DNA of 64,000 nt from Somniosus microcephalus. Taxonomy: Eukaryota. The stretch is taken from positions 17,112,001 through 17,176,000 of the forward strand of contig CM126224.1 in NCBI GenBank assembly GCA_052327205.1, read 5' to 3'. Shown piece by piece: positions 37,523-49,449 of this stretch. Every line of letters begins with the position of its first letter. Position 1 is the stretch's first letter. Made by a program: the position numbers and the translations under genes. The notes under the pieces were generated by a model, which worked only from the letters and a program-made list of their open reading frames with translations, did no database searches and was not told the origin of the DNA.

Positions 37523-38849
37523 CAAACAGAAAATTTCACCATCGCTTTGATAAACCTAAACGGGCAACCAGGAATGGGATCTGAATTACAGACCTCATTA
37601 TAGCTCATCCGGGGCTACTTCCTGCTCCTATCCTCACCCCTCTAATCCTCCCTGCGCTATTGGTAAGAGTGAAGTTTCAATTTTTATACTGAAAATGAGA
37701 AACCCTTCAAGTCAGAATTGCTATTAGCTGCTAACCTGTGTTCGGGATTAGTGAATAGGGCAAAGGGAACAAAAAAAATATACTTTTAAATTGGGGAGGA
37801 AAATTTTACACATTCTATTAGCTATTATAGTTTTCATATTGCCCATACTTGCATCTCGTCATCACTACATTATTTCATTCATCAACATTCCTTCCACAGC
37901 CCATGTGCAATAACATTCATCATATTATTTCCCCCATTTAATCTCCTGAAGAAAAGTACTACATAAATTCTTCCTTATCCGTAAAAGTATCCATGCAAAA
38001 TTACTCCCGGAACCAGGCTCTGCACAGTTCCCAAATTCTACAAATTACACTTTTTTGGTAAGCGTATTCAACAAAGTATGTATGCTTTGAAACTGGAAAT
38101 GACATTCAGCATACAGAAAGGTTAAAGTTATCCACTCAGAAACAGGGTCCTGTTCTGTGCTAATCAATATGGCCCAAGGTATTACATTAGGAACCACTAC
38201 AGATGCTGGAGGCAGGTTTAACTACTCTTACGTAATTCATTCAAAACACCAATAAAACAACACTCAATACATTTAATCCATTAATGCAAAGCTGCAAGTG
38301 GAGCTGGTGACATTAGCTGTCAAGTATGGAAGGCTGCACACTTCGGAATGTGGGTGGGGGGGGGGGGGGGGAAAAGAGAGGAACTCTCATCCTACTGCTT
38401 TTTGATGAAGGACACTGGAGGTCCAAAGCACATTACTGTTGCCCCCTCTTGAAGTATGTTGTTCATTAGGCATGTACTGACCTCTCTGCCAAGAGAAGGC
38501 AGCAATCTGCTCCCAGGGTGCGTAACCAGCCAGTTTGAGTGGTGGAGCTTGAGAGAAAACTAACTGATGCTGCTCATCATTTGGCACCAATTTAGATGTC
38601 ACGGTGCTTATTCACTGCTACTCTGTATTGTTTAAAATCCCACTAAAGTGAAGGGACTGTGTTGTAACACAAATTCTGAGCTAATTCTAGTTTCTCCGGC
38701 GTCAGAATAGCTTCCTCATATCAAAGCTCAACAGCCTTCATTTCCGTATAATTAATTTATTACTGTAAAAGTTCATTTTAATCTATTTTTGAAAAAAAAC
38801 CTGTCAACTAGGCAAAGAGCTCACAAAATATTCTTATGAGAAACAATGT

Positions 38850-39310
38850 TACTAGAAATTTAGGAAGCTGCAAATAACATGGAGCAAGTGGACCAAATAC
38901 AACGTTTTCTGGATCGATTAGCCTGACAAGTGACAAATGTACTTACTGTGAACAAACGCAAGGCACCGAGACGTGGGAATATAAAATGAAATGTAATAAA
39001 TTACAGGACGAGAGAGAGATAGATTTGGGGGCAATGGTGGACAGCACATTAAAACCATCAGTACACTAGACAACAGCAATGATGGTGGCAAGCAAAAATC
39101 TCAGGGTGTACAGCCAGATAGATGGATCTCAAGTGCCCAGAGCATCTATAGAGCATGCCCAGAGTACTAGTTCAGCCTCATCTGAAGTACTGTGTACAAT
39201 TCTGGTCACCGTACTACAGCGGGGACGTCCTAATTTTTAAAAAAAATTTATTTATTTATTTATTTATTTATTTTTTTTTAAAAAGGACTGGAGAAGGGTA
39301 ATTAAATCGA
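38850..39310 (+). mobile_element. Degenerate CR1 fragment
   Basis: ERDLG and LVQPHLKYCVQFWSP remnants. Confidence 0.6.
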
Positions 39311-40342
39311 TATTGCTGAATCGGTTATGAACAGAACGCTATATCTCTTCGAACCTTGAAAATTTTAATAAGGTCTATCCTGAGCGACCTTTACCACAGT
39401 GTAGATCCAAATTCATGGAAACACCATCACCTTCACGTCACACACCATTCTGACTTGGGCATAGTTCACCTTCATCGCTACTGGGTTAAAATCCTGCAAT
39501 TCCCAACACCACCATCGTGGGAGCAACATCACCTCAAGCATTGCAGCCCACCATCAGCACCTTCTCAGGGAAGCTAGGGATAGGTAATAAAAGCAGCCTT
39601 GCCAGCATTGCCCATGCCACAACAATTAAAAACAAATTGTGTTGACCGAATTGTAGACCGAACTGCAAACAGACAGAAGGTATAGGCGCAAGCTCAGAAG
39701 AGGGAGGGTAAACAGACACTTCAGTATCAACTGCTTCACACAAAGGGTAATGGACGTGTAACACAGGTTGCGTAGGGAGACAGTTAGTGATTAGTGCCAG
39801 AATTTCAAGTGGGAGCGGAATTTTTTTGGGGGGGGGGGGGGGGGAAGAAGCAACTGAAAGGTCAAACAGAGAGTGTACAGCGAGATATTTTGGGCTCTGT
39901 CTGATCCTTTTTTCACTCCTGTACATCCCTTTGTTCCTATGATCTAGAGGAAATTATTGGACAGGTTTGTCACTTTAAACTAATTAACAAAAGGTAGCAG
40001 CAGTGCAAGCAAGTTTTGGTGCTTTTTTTCGGGGGGGGGGGGGGAGGAGAAATGAGGGGCAAATAAGTGCGCGCGTTACTTAGAGGTGGTGCATCAAGTG
40101 GTATTTTCTACTGGGAGTCTTGGAATTTTTGGTATGGAGGAAATTTAGTGCAATGGCAGATCTTGTTACTGATGCATAACCTTGTTCATAATTAATTATT
40201 GTTGTAATAAATCTACTGTCTTGTAAGAAAAAAGCACTTTTGGTGCCCCATTTTAAATAAAACACATGGGAGCATGCGCTACTGCGGGGGAAAAGAAATC
40301 ACCTGCAGTCTTTGTAATGTAGTAACTGTCGATATTACTCAC

Positions 40343-40435
40343 CAGAGTTCATCCACCACTCGCACCAGTACGAAGAACGTATTCTTGCTCACCCGTTTCT
40401 TGAAAGTGTCTGGACAGTGGCAAAACTTCTCATAA
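40343..40435 (-). CDS. RAPGEF1: RAPGEF1 coding exon (REM domain), AC acceptor
   Basis: 93 nt; YEKFCHCPDTFKKRVSKNTFFVLVRVVDEL(C); preceded by ...ACCAC and followed by GTGAGT. Confidence 0.93.
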
Positions 40436-41244
40436 GTGGTCATTAGTTAAGTAAAAAGAAACTATTAATAATGTTAGCTGTTGTATAAATAAAAATTTGT
40501 GGCCCACAGATTTCTTCACAGCACTTCCCGTACTACTTTACAAAGAGCATGTGGGCCCACAGCGAAGAAATGGTCACGGCTGTGCTGCCTCAGCTGCAAG
40601 TCCACGTGGTCCTGCATCCAGAGGGCGAGCTATAAACTCTCAATGAGGGTTAGGCTAATTGAACCATTCTTTGTTAGGATTCAAACTCTACCACCAGATC
40701 CACGAGGCTGCCTTGTCATTTTTTTCCCCCACTAACACAAAATACAACATCTCCCTCGTGCTTAAAAAAATACCCAATATCTACAACCTAAACTTTCAAG
40801 TGTGGGCAAAATGGACAAAATTGGTCACCTGGCAGCACAGCCATCGAGAGGTTTGTGTTCACTACTCTGTGAATAGGAATTGAAGTCACAGAATTGCCCA
40901 GCACTCCAAATCATTCATCATCCTTAAAGAAAAAAGGCTAGCAATTAGAAAAATTCAGGGTAATGATGCAGCTGCTTGACAATGCAGTGACTGCCTCTGT
41001 TACCCGAGGATGGAACAGGTTGAAACGGCCTTCCCAATCCAAGGAGCCCAGGTGCGATACAAGAGCTGTAGAAAAGATTGGGGGAGGTTGGAGGAACAGA
41101 AAAATCAATATAATTCGACATACACGGTTGCACACAGGCTTCTCCACACTAATGTTTTTTCTAGGTGCACATCGCTAATGTGTCAAATTGATCAGTCCTT
41201 TAGTGCAAAGCTATAGCTAGCAATCCTGCTAAATCAAAGGATAT
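40436..41244 (-). other. U12-type (minor spliceosome) AT-AC intron of RAPGEF1
   Basis: 5' site ATATCCTTT; branch TTACTTAAC about 10 nt before the terminal AC; splicing restores the Arg codon CG|T. Confidence 0.92.
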
Positions 41245-41329
41245 CGATAGTGCAGTTTCTTGATGATCTCCTCAGGAGGAATGAATGTCCGGTAGGTGGT
41301 CAGGAATGCCTCACAGTAAAGGACCAGAT
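41245..41329 (-). CDS. RAPGEF1: RAPGEF1 coding exon (REM domain), AT donor
   Basis: 85 nt; (D)LVLYCEAFLTTYRTFIPPEEIIKKLHY(R). Confidence 0.93.
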
Positions 41330-41955
41330 CTAGAGAGCAAGACAGACAGGCAAGTGGAAGTATGAACAAAACCAACTGTCTATCATATTGAAGAATCTCA
41401 TATGTGTCTACAGTGTTCCTCAATGTTAGAACTGATTAAAAAAAACACAAAGCATGCTCCTTTAACCAAAGAACAGTATGCGGCTAACTTTATAGAATCT
41501 GTTTTGGCCTGCTTTGCCTGGTTTACAGTCAGTGCTCCAATAAGCAAACCCTGACTTTATCCACCATCACCACAGCTACATTGTAGACCTAAAAAAAGTT
41601 ATGTCTCAAAGTACGCAATAAATAACTTAAGTAAACATAGCACCAATACACAACAGGAAAGGACTGTGAAAAATAAATACTTGTGACCTTAAGCAGCCTA
41701 ACTCTGGCTATCAGAGAATTTAATGCAAATTAAAAAGAAATTAATTTATTAAAATAGGCAATTAAAGATCAACTAATTTGTGCTCAAAGTGGAGAGCTTC
41801 AGTGTCCAAAATGTAAAACGTTACAACATTCCAACTCGAAGAGCACAAATTATTTAATTCCAATTCCTACACAAGGAAAATGGATCCAAGAAACTAAAAT
41901 GAACTCCATCCTTTGGAAGTCACTGCAGTAGTGCATATTTGTGAGAAGCTCTTAC

Positions 41956-42031
41956 CTTTACGATCCGTTTCAGTTGCATGCACTATGAGAATATCTACAG
42001 AGCCTCCTCGCACCGCTGGGCCATCCTCTCC
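41956..42031 (-). CDS. RAPGEF1: RAPGEF1 coding exon (not in ORF track)
   Basis: AG/GT bounded, 76 nt; GEDGPAVRGGSVDILIVHATETDRK(D). Confidence 0.94.
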
Positions 42032-44075
42032 CTAGAATACAGACGTTCAAATGAAAAACTCTCAAAATATAGAAGCAAGAAAAAAGGAACCTTAATTTAA
42101 TAAAATGCATCAATAAATATCAGAGACCAACACTGATAATATTTGATGACTGGTCAAATGATAAAAGTCCATCTCTTTCCTCAGTCCATTATACTAGTAA
42201 CTGGAAAACTGATGATCTACTTTATAGACAGAGCTCTGTATTCCCAATTTTAAAGATTTTAGATTAACTTGATCCAACTTCTCCACTTCAGTGTAAAAAA
42301 TGCCATTGGTTGAGGCAAAGGAATTTTTTTTTTTGTTTGTTTTTTTTTTTGACAGGGGCGGGGTAGCAGAAAGGTCTGAAATCTGATGGACCCAAGCAAA
42401 TTTGCAGTGCTATGGGGAGAGAGATCAGTGGGACTAATTGGATCGCACTTTCATAGTGCCGACACAGACACAATGAGCCGAATAGTCTCCTTCTGTGCTG
42501 CGAGATTCTATAATTCTAAACAGCATGCAATAAATACACTGTTGCAGTATTCAGTTTGTACCCCCAAGTAAATTAAAATCAATTAGCAACATGTAGCTGA
42601 AGAAATTAAGTAACGATTCAAATTCACTCGAGTGTGCAATTCCTGTTAGCACCTGAACATGTTGATAGTGGATTAAAGAGCAGTATGACGAGAGAAATAC
42701 AGGAATCTCCAGGATATAGACTTTAGAAATGTGCAAAAAGAAAAACACGAGCTTCCTTCTTCTGTAGCAAAATTGCTTGTATACATGTAGTTAATCCTCA
42801 GCAATGAATGTTTAGTGATTATACACATACAGACACACACATATCCAAAAATGACATTGACCATGCAAAAACAGTTAGATTCATTCTATTTCCTCTTACC
42901 TGCACAAGAAAGGATGGACCATTTAAATTTTCAATTGATGTACTCAAGTACATTGAATTACAGGAGTATGGAATCACTGCAATATGAACATCCCAAAAGC
43001 TCGCAAAGTACATTCCTAACTAATCACACATGGCAACGTCTATGGCTAGCAGAATATGATCAAACATCTCAACAGTTTGAGAAATACCGAAGGCATCAGT
43101 TACTCCACCTTGGATGCCATTTAAGTAGATGTTTCAAAAGTGAAGGGAGGGATAGAGAAGGGAAGGATCGATCACTTCCCCCTGGTCTATTGTTTTTGTG
43201 AATTCAGTATGAAACATTTGCAAACAAGGGGAGCCATTTCCTGATGGCTTCACTTGGGAGTAGGGACTGGGTTCAGGAGGGTAAGGGGGATTCTAATGTC
43301 TATGAAAATTAAAGTTAGCAGATCAAAATCCAATATTTCAGATACTGAGATACAGCAATTATATCAGAAGTTTTGCACATGTACAAAATGGTTAACACCC
43401 ACCTCGACAAGCCACAAACCCAGCAGGAGCCTGACTAGAGTAGCCCAACCAATTTGAGTCCAGAGGATTCAAACAATATTGACACAAAAGTTTACAATAT
43501 ACCAACACAGCAGATTTCTCATTTAATGGCATTCCTTGTCGCCAAGTCTTTTACTAGTGGTAACTTGAGACAAATCTGCAATTATATACACACTCTGGGA
43601 ATACTTTCAAACAGGCCATGGGATAGAAACTGGGATTCCTCGACTTTTAATGTGGAGAAGCCTATAAGCTTCCTGGTAGAGAGCCACACTTTATTTTTGT
43701 CTACTCAAAGGAATTACTACTTTATCTATTTCAGAAACAAGACAGGCTGGTGGTTACTCTCAGTGTTCGATTAATCTTTAATAAAGAGACAAAAGAATTT
43801 TCATATCCCCCTTCCAAATCATTACATCTATGTATATATATATATATATATATATAAAAGAGCTCTTCTGTCTGTCTGTCCCGATGTCTGTCTGTCCGTC
43901 CGTTCTCTATACGTTTGAAAGTTAGAGCGTACCGACGCGCGCGTCGCCTCAAAAGAAAGCTTGCGATTCCGGACCGGTCATAGGCGTATTTACGTTTCGG
44001 CCGGACAAGAATCCCGCCCGCGGTATCCCAAAAACGTTCAGCGTTCCGCTCATTAGCATCTCATTAGCGACCGTG

Positions 44076-44242
44076 TGACGTCGAGGTCCACCAATCGGAC
44101 GGCGGGTTCCTTCCTACAGTTGAGTGTCGAGTGACTCGACGATTGACCAATCCTATGCTTCGGTGACCTGACCGGTCAACCAATCGGTGCGTGTGTGGGC
44201 GGGCCTTATCCTTCTGAACCGAGGTGAGTGGCCGCCATCTTG
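44076..44242 (+). promoter_or_regulatory. Pol II promoter-like motif cluster plus splice donor inside the Helitron
   Basis: TGACGTCG 44076; CCAAT 44091, 44147, 44180; TGGGCGGGCC 44196; GAG|GTGAGT 44224; GGCCGCCATCTTG (YY1) 44230. Confidence 0.6.
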
Positions 44243-44332
44243 ATTTTTCACAATTTTTTCCCCCACACTGTGTGTTAGGGAACTAAGGTAAATATTTTAA
44301 TGATGTGTTAGGGAATTAAATAACAATTTAAT

Positions 44333-44593
44333 GGGGGGGGGGGGGGGGGGGGGGGAGCGCCTCGGGAAATCGCGGGGGGGGGGGGGAGCCTCGGGAAATC
44401 GCGGGGGGGGCCCTCGGGAAATCGGGGGGGGGGGGGGAGCCTCGGGAAATCGCGGGGGGGGGGGTGGAGCCTTGGGAAATCGCGGGGGGGGGGCCTCGGG
44501 AAATCGGGGGGGGGGAAAAGAGCCTCGGGAAATCGCGGGGGGGGCCTCGGGAAATCGGGGGGGGGGGGGGAAGAGCCTCGGGAAATCGCGGGG
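44333..44593. repeat. G-rich minisatellite, 9 units of CCTCGGGAAATCG(CG) separated by poly-G
   Basis: Units counted directly in the sequence. Confidence 0.9.
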
Positions 44594-44632
44594 CGCTCGC
44601 GCCGCCCGCACTGACCGCGCATGCGCCACCCG

Positions 44633-45182
44633 CACTGACCGCGCATGCGCCGCCCGCCCGCCGCGGCCGTCCATCAGCCGCGCGATACGCGGGGGACCTC
44701 AGCTCCGGACCTCAGGCGCTAGGCAGGGGGAGGGGCCAGAGAGAGGGACAGAGGGGAGGAAGGGAGGGAGAGGAGGGGGAGGGAGAGGGAGAGGAGGGGA
44801 AGGGAGGGGAGGGAGGGATAGGACAGGGAGAGGGAGAGGACATGAGAGGGAGAGGGGGGACACACAGGGGCAGGGAGACCAAGCGCCCCAAAATTGCCCA
44901 CTGACCGCGCATGCGCCGCCCGCCCGCCCACAGCGGCCGTCCATCAGCCGCGCCATACGCGGGGGACCTCAGCTCCGGACCTCAGGCGCTAGGCAGGGGG
45001 AGGGGCCGGAGAGAGGGACAGAGGGGAGTGGGGGAGCGGGGGTGGGGGAGGGGAGGGAGGGAGGGAGGGAGACAGGGGAGGGGAGGGAGGGGAGGGGAGG
45101 GGAGGGATAGGACAGGGAGAGGACATGACAGGGAGAGGGGGGACACACAGGGGCAGGGAGACCAAGCGCCCCAAAATTGCCC
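44633..45182. repeat. Tandem duplication of a ~270-bp unit inside the Helitron
   Basis: Units start CACTGACCGCGCATGCGCC at 44633 and 44899; both end ...AAGCGCCCCAAAATTGCC. Confidence 0.9.
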
Positions 45183-46454
45183 TCGCGCCCCAAAATTGCC
45201 CTCGCAACGCGGGGCTCCCCAGCTAGTAACTATATAAAAGGTTATTGCACTCCAAAAAGTGAAATGCTTTAGGAGGACATTTGGTACGGCACCACATGAA
45301 AGAGTTCTTTCTCCAAAATCACCCTTTGGTTTTTCAAAATATATCCTTCATGGCACTGGAAGTCTCAAACAATAGGCAAAGTAGTCATGACATTAGGTAT
45401 TAAACAGGCCCTCAATTCCTGCTGTGGCCTGCTGTGAAAGGAAATAGTGGAGGCCCAATTATTCAGGGAGCACAGTTCTTGTGGCAGGCAGACAAGGGAA
45501 GGGCGAGAAAAAGAAAACAGGTAGACTAAGGGTTTTATCTCCCTTTTTCCTTCCCATTTGATTCTTCAAATCACTTCTTTTTCCCATTCAATTATCTGCT
45601 GGTAATACTGTACTGCTCAAATTTCTTTCCAACAAAATCTGATTGAACTGTAATAAAAGCTAAAATTTCTATATTCAGCGATATAAAAAAATCTTGCATC
45701 TGCACGCACGTGCCACCTTTTCCATTATAAAGTCTTATTATGTTCACAGTTATCGAGAGACAAATGACATAGGCAATTTCTATCATAAATGCAGACATAG
45801 GAATTTATAACGGAAATATAAAAATAAGGTCAGAACGTCTGAGTTTAAAATGGGGACTGGATTAAATCTGCACCCTAGCCAGCCCTCTAACTACACTTCA
45901 CCCGACAAACACACTTGGTCTTGATTCCGTGTGCAACACCATGGAAAAGCGACTGGTATATATTTAAATTGATGAATATTGTGCTTCATTACATTTTGTT
46001 ATTGTGATTTGGTTAATGTATAATTTTCCTGAGCATGTAATAGACGATGAGAAAATTGGTAGAAAGAACTGTGGAATAAACATCATTTTTTTTTTACGCA
46101 TTGGAGTGTAAAGTTAATAGAATTCCTTACTCAACTGTGAAGGTGAGAAACTATGCCTCAGTGAAGTAACTAACTATTCCATTACTCCAACTGCTGATTC
46201 TTCAATTTATTTGAAGATTGCATATAAATGAATTAGGACAGCCCACGGTTTGAGGATGAATGGAATATGGCAGTGATAAATAGAATTGAGTGTTAAATCT
46301 TGTTCAGAAGTAACTTTTGTTGGTGCGCAATAAGAAGTTCTGATTTACAGGAACAGGGGCAATCTGGCTGCAAATAGACAGCATTGTACCACAGTACATC
46401 TGTGGTACGTAGTAAATACCTTTAACAATCAATTAATCAGTGATGCTCTTATAC

Positions 46455-47068
46455 AATTCCCCTGGAGTCTCCAGGAATTGAAGATTAATCTTCTGGATGC
46501 TGCTGCGAACAATCCAGGAGAAAAATCATAGCGACATTAAAAAAAGTATTTCCATTTTCGTTTAACAATTAGGAACATAGGAACAGGAGTAGGTCATTGA
46601 GCTCCTCGAGCCTGTTCCACCATTCAGTGAGATCATGGCTGATCTGTGACCTAACTCCATATACCCGCTTTTGGCCCATATCCTTTAATACGTTTGGTTA
46701 ACAAAAATCTATCAATCTCAGATTTAAAATTAATTGATCTAGCATCAATTGCCATTTGCGGAAGAGTGTTCCAAACTTCTACCACCCTTTGTGTGTTTCG
46801 TAATTTCACTCCTGAAAGGCCTGGCTCTCATTTTTAGACTATGCCCCCAGTCCTAGACTCCCTAACCAGTGGAAATAGTTTCTCTCTATCTACCCTTTCT
46901 GTTCCCCTCAATATCTTGAAAACTTCGATCAGATCACCCTGTAACCGTCTAACACTTTGGTTTATTAGTTATAGAAATATTGGATCTGGGAAAATCGGTT
47001 GTTTGGCCGTTGGAGGTGGGAAAACATGTGATGAAACCGCCAGGAATACATCCACCGAGTCAACAGCT
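46455..47068. mobile_element. Putative non-autonomous DNA element (hAT-like) interrupted by a CR1
   Basis: CCTGGAGTCTCCAGG palindrome and recurrent CCAGGA motifs on both sides of the CR1; termini degenerate; family call from recall only. Confidence 0.35.
46572..46946 (-). mobile_element. CR1 LINE 3' fragment
   Basis: (GGAACATA) tail; reverse complement of the 3' part of the 48458 copy. Confidence 0.85.
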
Positions 47069-48457
47069 CTACGGAACGGTGTATGAAAGTCATATGTTTT
47101 GATGATGTAAAGTGACTGTCGTATTCAGGGGAAGATTAAAAAGTGATCAAATGCATCTTGAGTTTTGGATTATTTAATCTGCATGTGTAACAGTGGCATA
47201 TATTTCTAGAGATCTGAAACTCGCGTTTTAAAGTGAAATTCAAGATGGATGTAATGATTACAAGACCCAAGAACTATGACTCCTCCCATTTCATACACGT
47301 CTATGTAAACTCACATTCGTCAAGTTTCCAAATTAATTTTAATTTTATTTTTAGTTAAAATTATCACTTCAAAATGTAAGCCTTTGTGGTTAAAATTTAA
47401 TTAAGTTTACCCCTAGTCCCATAGGAACTGATCTCTGCAGTGAACATTTCAACTAAAGCATTAAGCGTTAGAAATGCTCGACACTCCCAACAGGAGGTCA
47501 GTGCTTGTAACCCCACCAGCACATCTATCCTGCCAAAATAGCCCGTCAATGTTTCTGTATTTTGAGGCAATATCAAACTAAAAAACTATTACATTGCTAG
47601 ACAGTAGATGTAATGATTGGGAAATAATTGTGCAATTGCACTAAATAAACTAAGGTGTGTTTTACTATTATGGCAAGTTTTCTCTCAAGTTAATTGTTCA
47701 TTTCCAAAACTAACACACAAAAGGTAGGTTTCCATCACAAGAAATTTTAACTAAGATGGTGAAACAGCCTGGACTAAGGACAGCTGCTTTTATACTGGTC
47801 TTTGGCTCCTGGCTCCCACAGTACGTAGCTGGTGGCCACATTAAAATAAACTTCTTGGGATTTTTAAGACCAGTGGCCAAGGCCATTTTTCACTGGATCT
47901 TCCTGACTACTGCCAGTCCTCACGAGGCCAGTAAATGCACCACCATGGCAGCTGTAGGGCACATATGGTGATATCACATGGCGCCATTGTGCACACAAAC
48001 CATTATTCTCATTGTGGCAACGGCATAATATACTCCACACAAAGACAATGGCCAGAATGGTGGGCCCATACGGTTAAACCAGTTTACGGGGCGAACTGCT
48101 GTACTTCCGGTGGCTGCACGCCATTATGTAATCAGTCTGACACTCCAGGATGGAGATGGCATTGTAGACACAAGAGTTGAGTCTGCAAATCTGTCTGTTT
48201 TAAGACTACCACAGAGTTAAGTATACACAGGGAGCTAGTCCTGCACATTTGCACTCTTGGTCTCTACATTACAGCCTACAGAAACAAAGTACCGATGCAA
48301 AGTGTAAAAAAAGCACAGTACTCTTCCAAAACAGGAACAAAAAACCCATCAAGGATAAATGCATCTTGTGCATTTAGTCAGTGACATTCCAAAATTGACT
48401 GGAGAGAACAGGTACTTACCCTAGTCTGCTCTTGTATAAAACATCTCTGGATATTAT

Positions 48458-49449
48458 ATGCAGGGATCTGTGTTGGGGCCTCAACTATTTACAGTATTTA
48501 TTAACAGCTTAAATGATGGCATAGAAAGTCACACATCCAAATTTGACGATGGCACGAAGATAGGCGGCATTGTAGATGAAAGCATAAAATTACAAAGGGT
48601 TATCGACAGATTAAGTGAATGGGCAAAACTATGTCAAATGGATTTCAATGTAGGCAAATGAGAGGTCATCCACTTTGGACCTAAAAAGGATAGAATAGGG
48701 TACTTCCTAAATGGTGAAAAGTTAAAAACAGTGGAGGTCCAAAAAGACTTGGGGGTTCAGGTACATAGATCATTAAAATGTCATGAACAGGTATAGAAAA
48801 TAATTTTAAAAAGCTAATAGAATGCTGGCCTTTATATCTAGAGGACAAGAATACAAGGGGGTAGAAGTTATGCTGCAGCTATACAAAACCCTGGTTAGAC
48901 CACACCTGGAGTACTGTGAGCAGTTCTGGGCACCACACCTTAGGAAGGATATATTGGCCTTGGAGGGAGTGCAGCGTAGGTTTACCAGAATGATACCCGG
49001 ACTTCAAGGGTTAAATCACAAGGAGAGATTTCACAAATTAGGGTTGTATTCCCTAGAATTTAGACGGTTGAGGGGTGATCTGATCGAAGTTTACAAGATA
49101 CTAAGGGGAACAGATAGGGTAGATAGAGAGAAAGTATTTCGGCTGGTTGGGATTCTAGGACTAGGGGTCATAGTACAAAAATTAGAGCCAGACCTTTCAG
49201 GAGTCAAATTAGGAAACACTTCTACACACAAAGGGTGGTAGAAGTTTGGAACTCTTTTCAGCAAACGGCAATTGACGCTAGATCAATTGTTAATTTAAAA
49301 TCGGAGATTGATAGCTTTTTGTTACCTAAAGGTATTAAGGGATATGGGCCGAAGGCGGGTATATGGAGTTAGGTCGCAGATCAGCCATGATCTCATTGAA
49401 TGGTGGAACAGGCTCGAGGGGCTCAATGACCTACTCCTGTTCCTATGTT
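48458..49449 (+). mobile_element. 5'-truncated CR1 LINE
   Basis: [23 protein letters not shown] and RRLRGDLIEVYKIL; stops and frameshifts. Confidence 0.9.

Larger units (their letters stand above)
43827..45226 (+). mobile_element. Non-autonomous Helitron (complete, 1.4 kb)
   Basis: A|TC 5' end followed by (TA)n-AAAG and (TCTG)n; GC hairpin at 45198-45215; CTAG|T 3' end; no TSD; abrupt GC/CpG rise against the flanks. Confidence 0.85.

Noticed and set aside
44333-44593. CRISPR-like repeat-spacer appearance
   Set aside because: The 'spacers' are poly-G runs rather than unique sequences; vertebrate context with no cas genes.
44297-45237. Long Pro-rich and Gly-rich ORFs (up to 259 aa) on both strands
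   Set aside because: They arise from GC-rich minisatellite and polypurine repeats that lack stop codons; no recognisable domain and open in several frames.
45227-45240. TAACTATATAAAAG after the Helitron, resembling its 5' TATATAAAAG (possible TSD or second element)
   Set aside because: Not a direct repeat at both boundaries, lacks the 5' TC, and no further homology follows; probably a chance AT-rich match.
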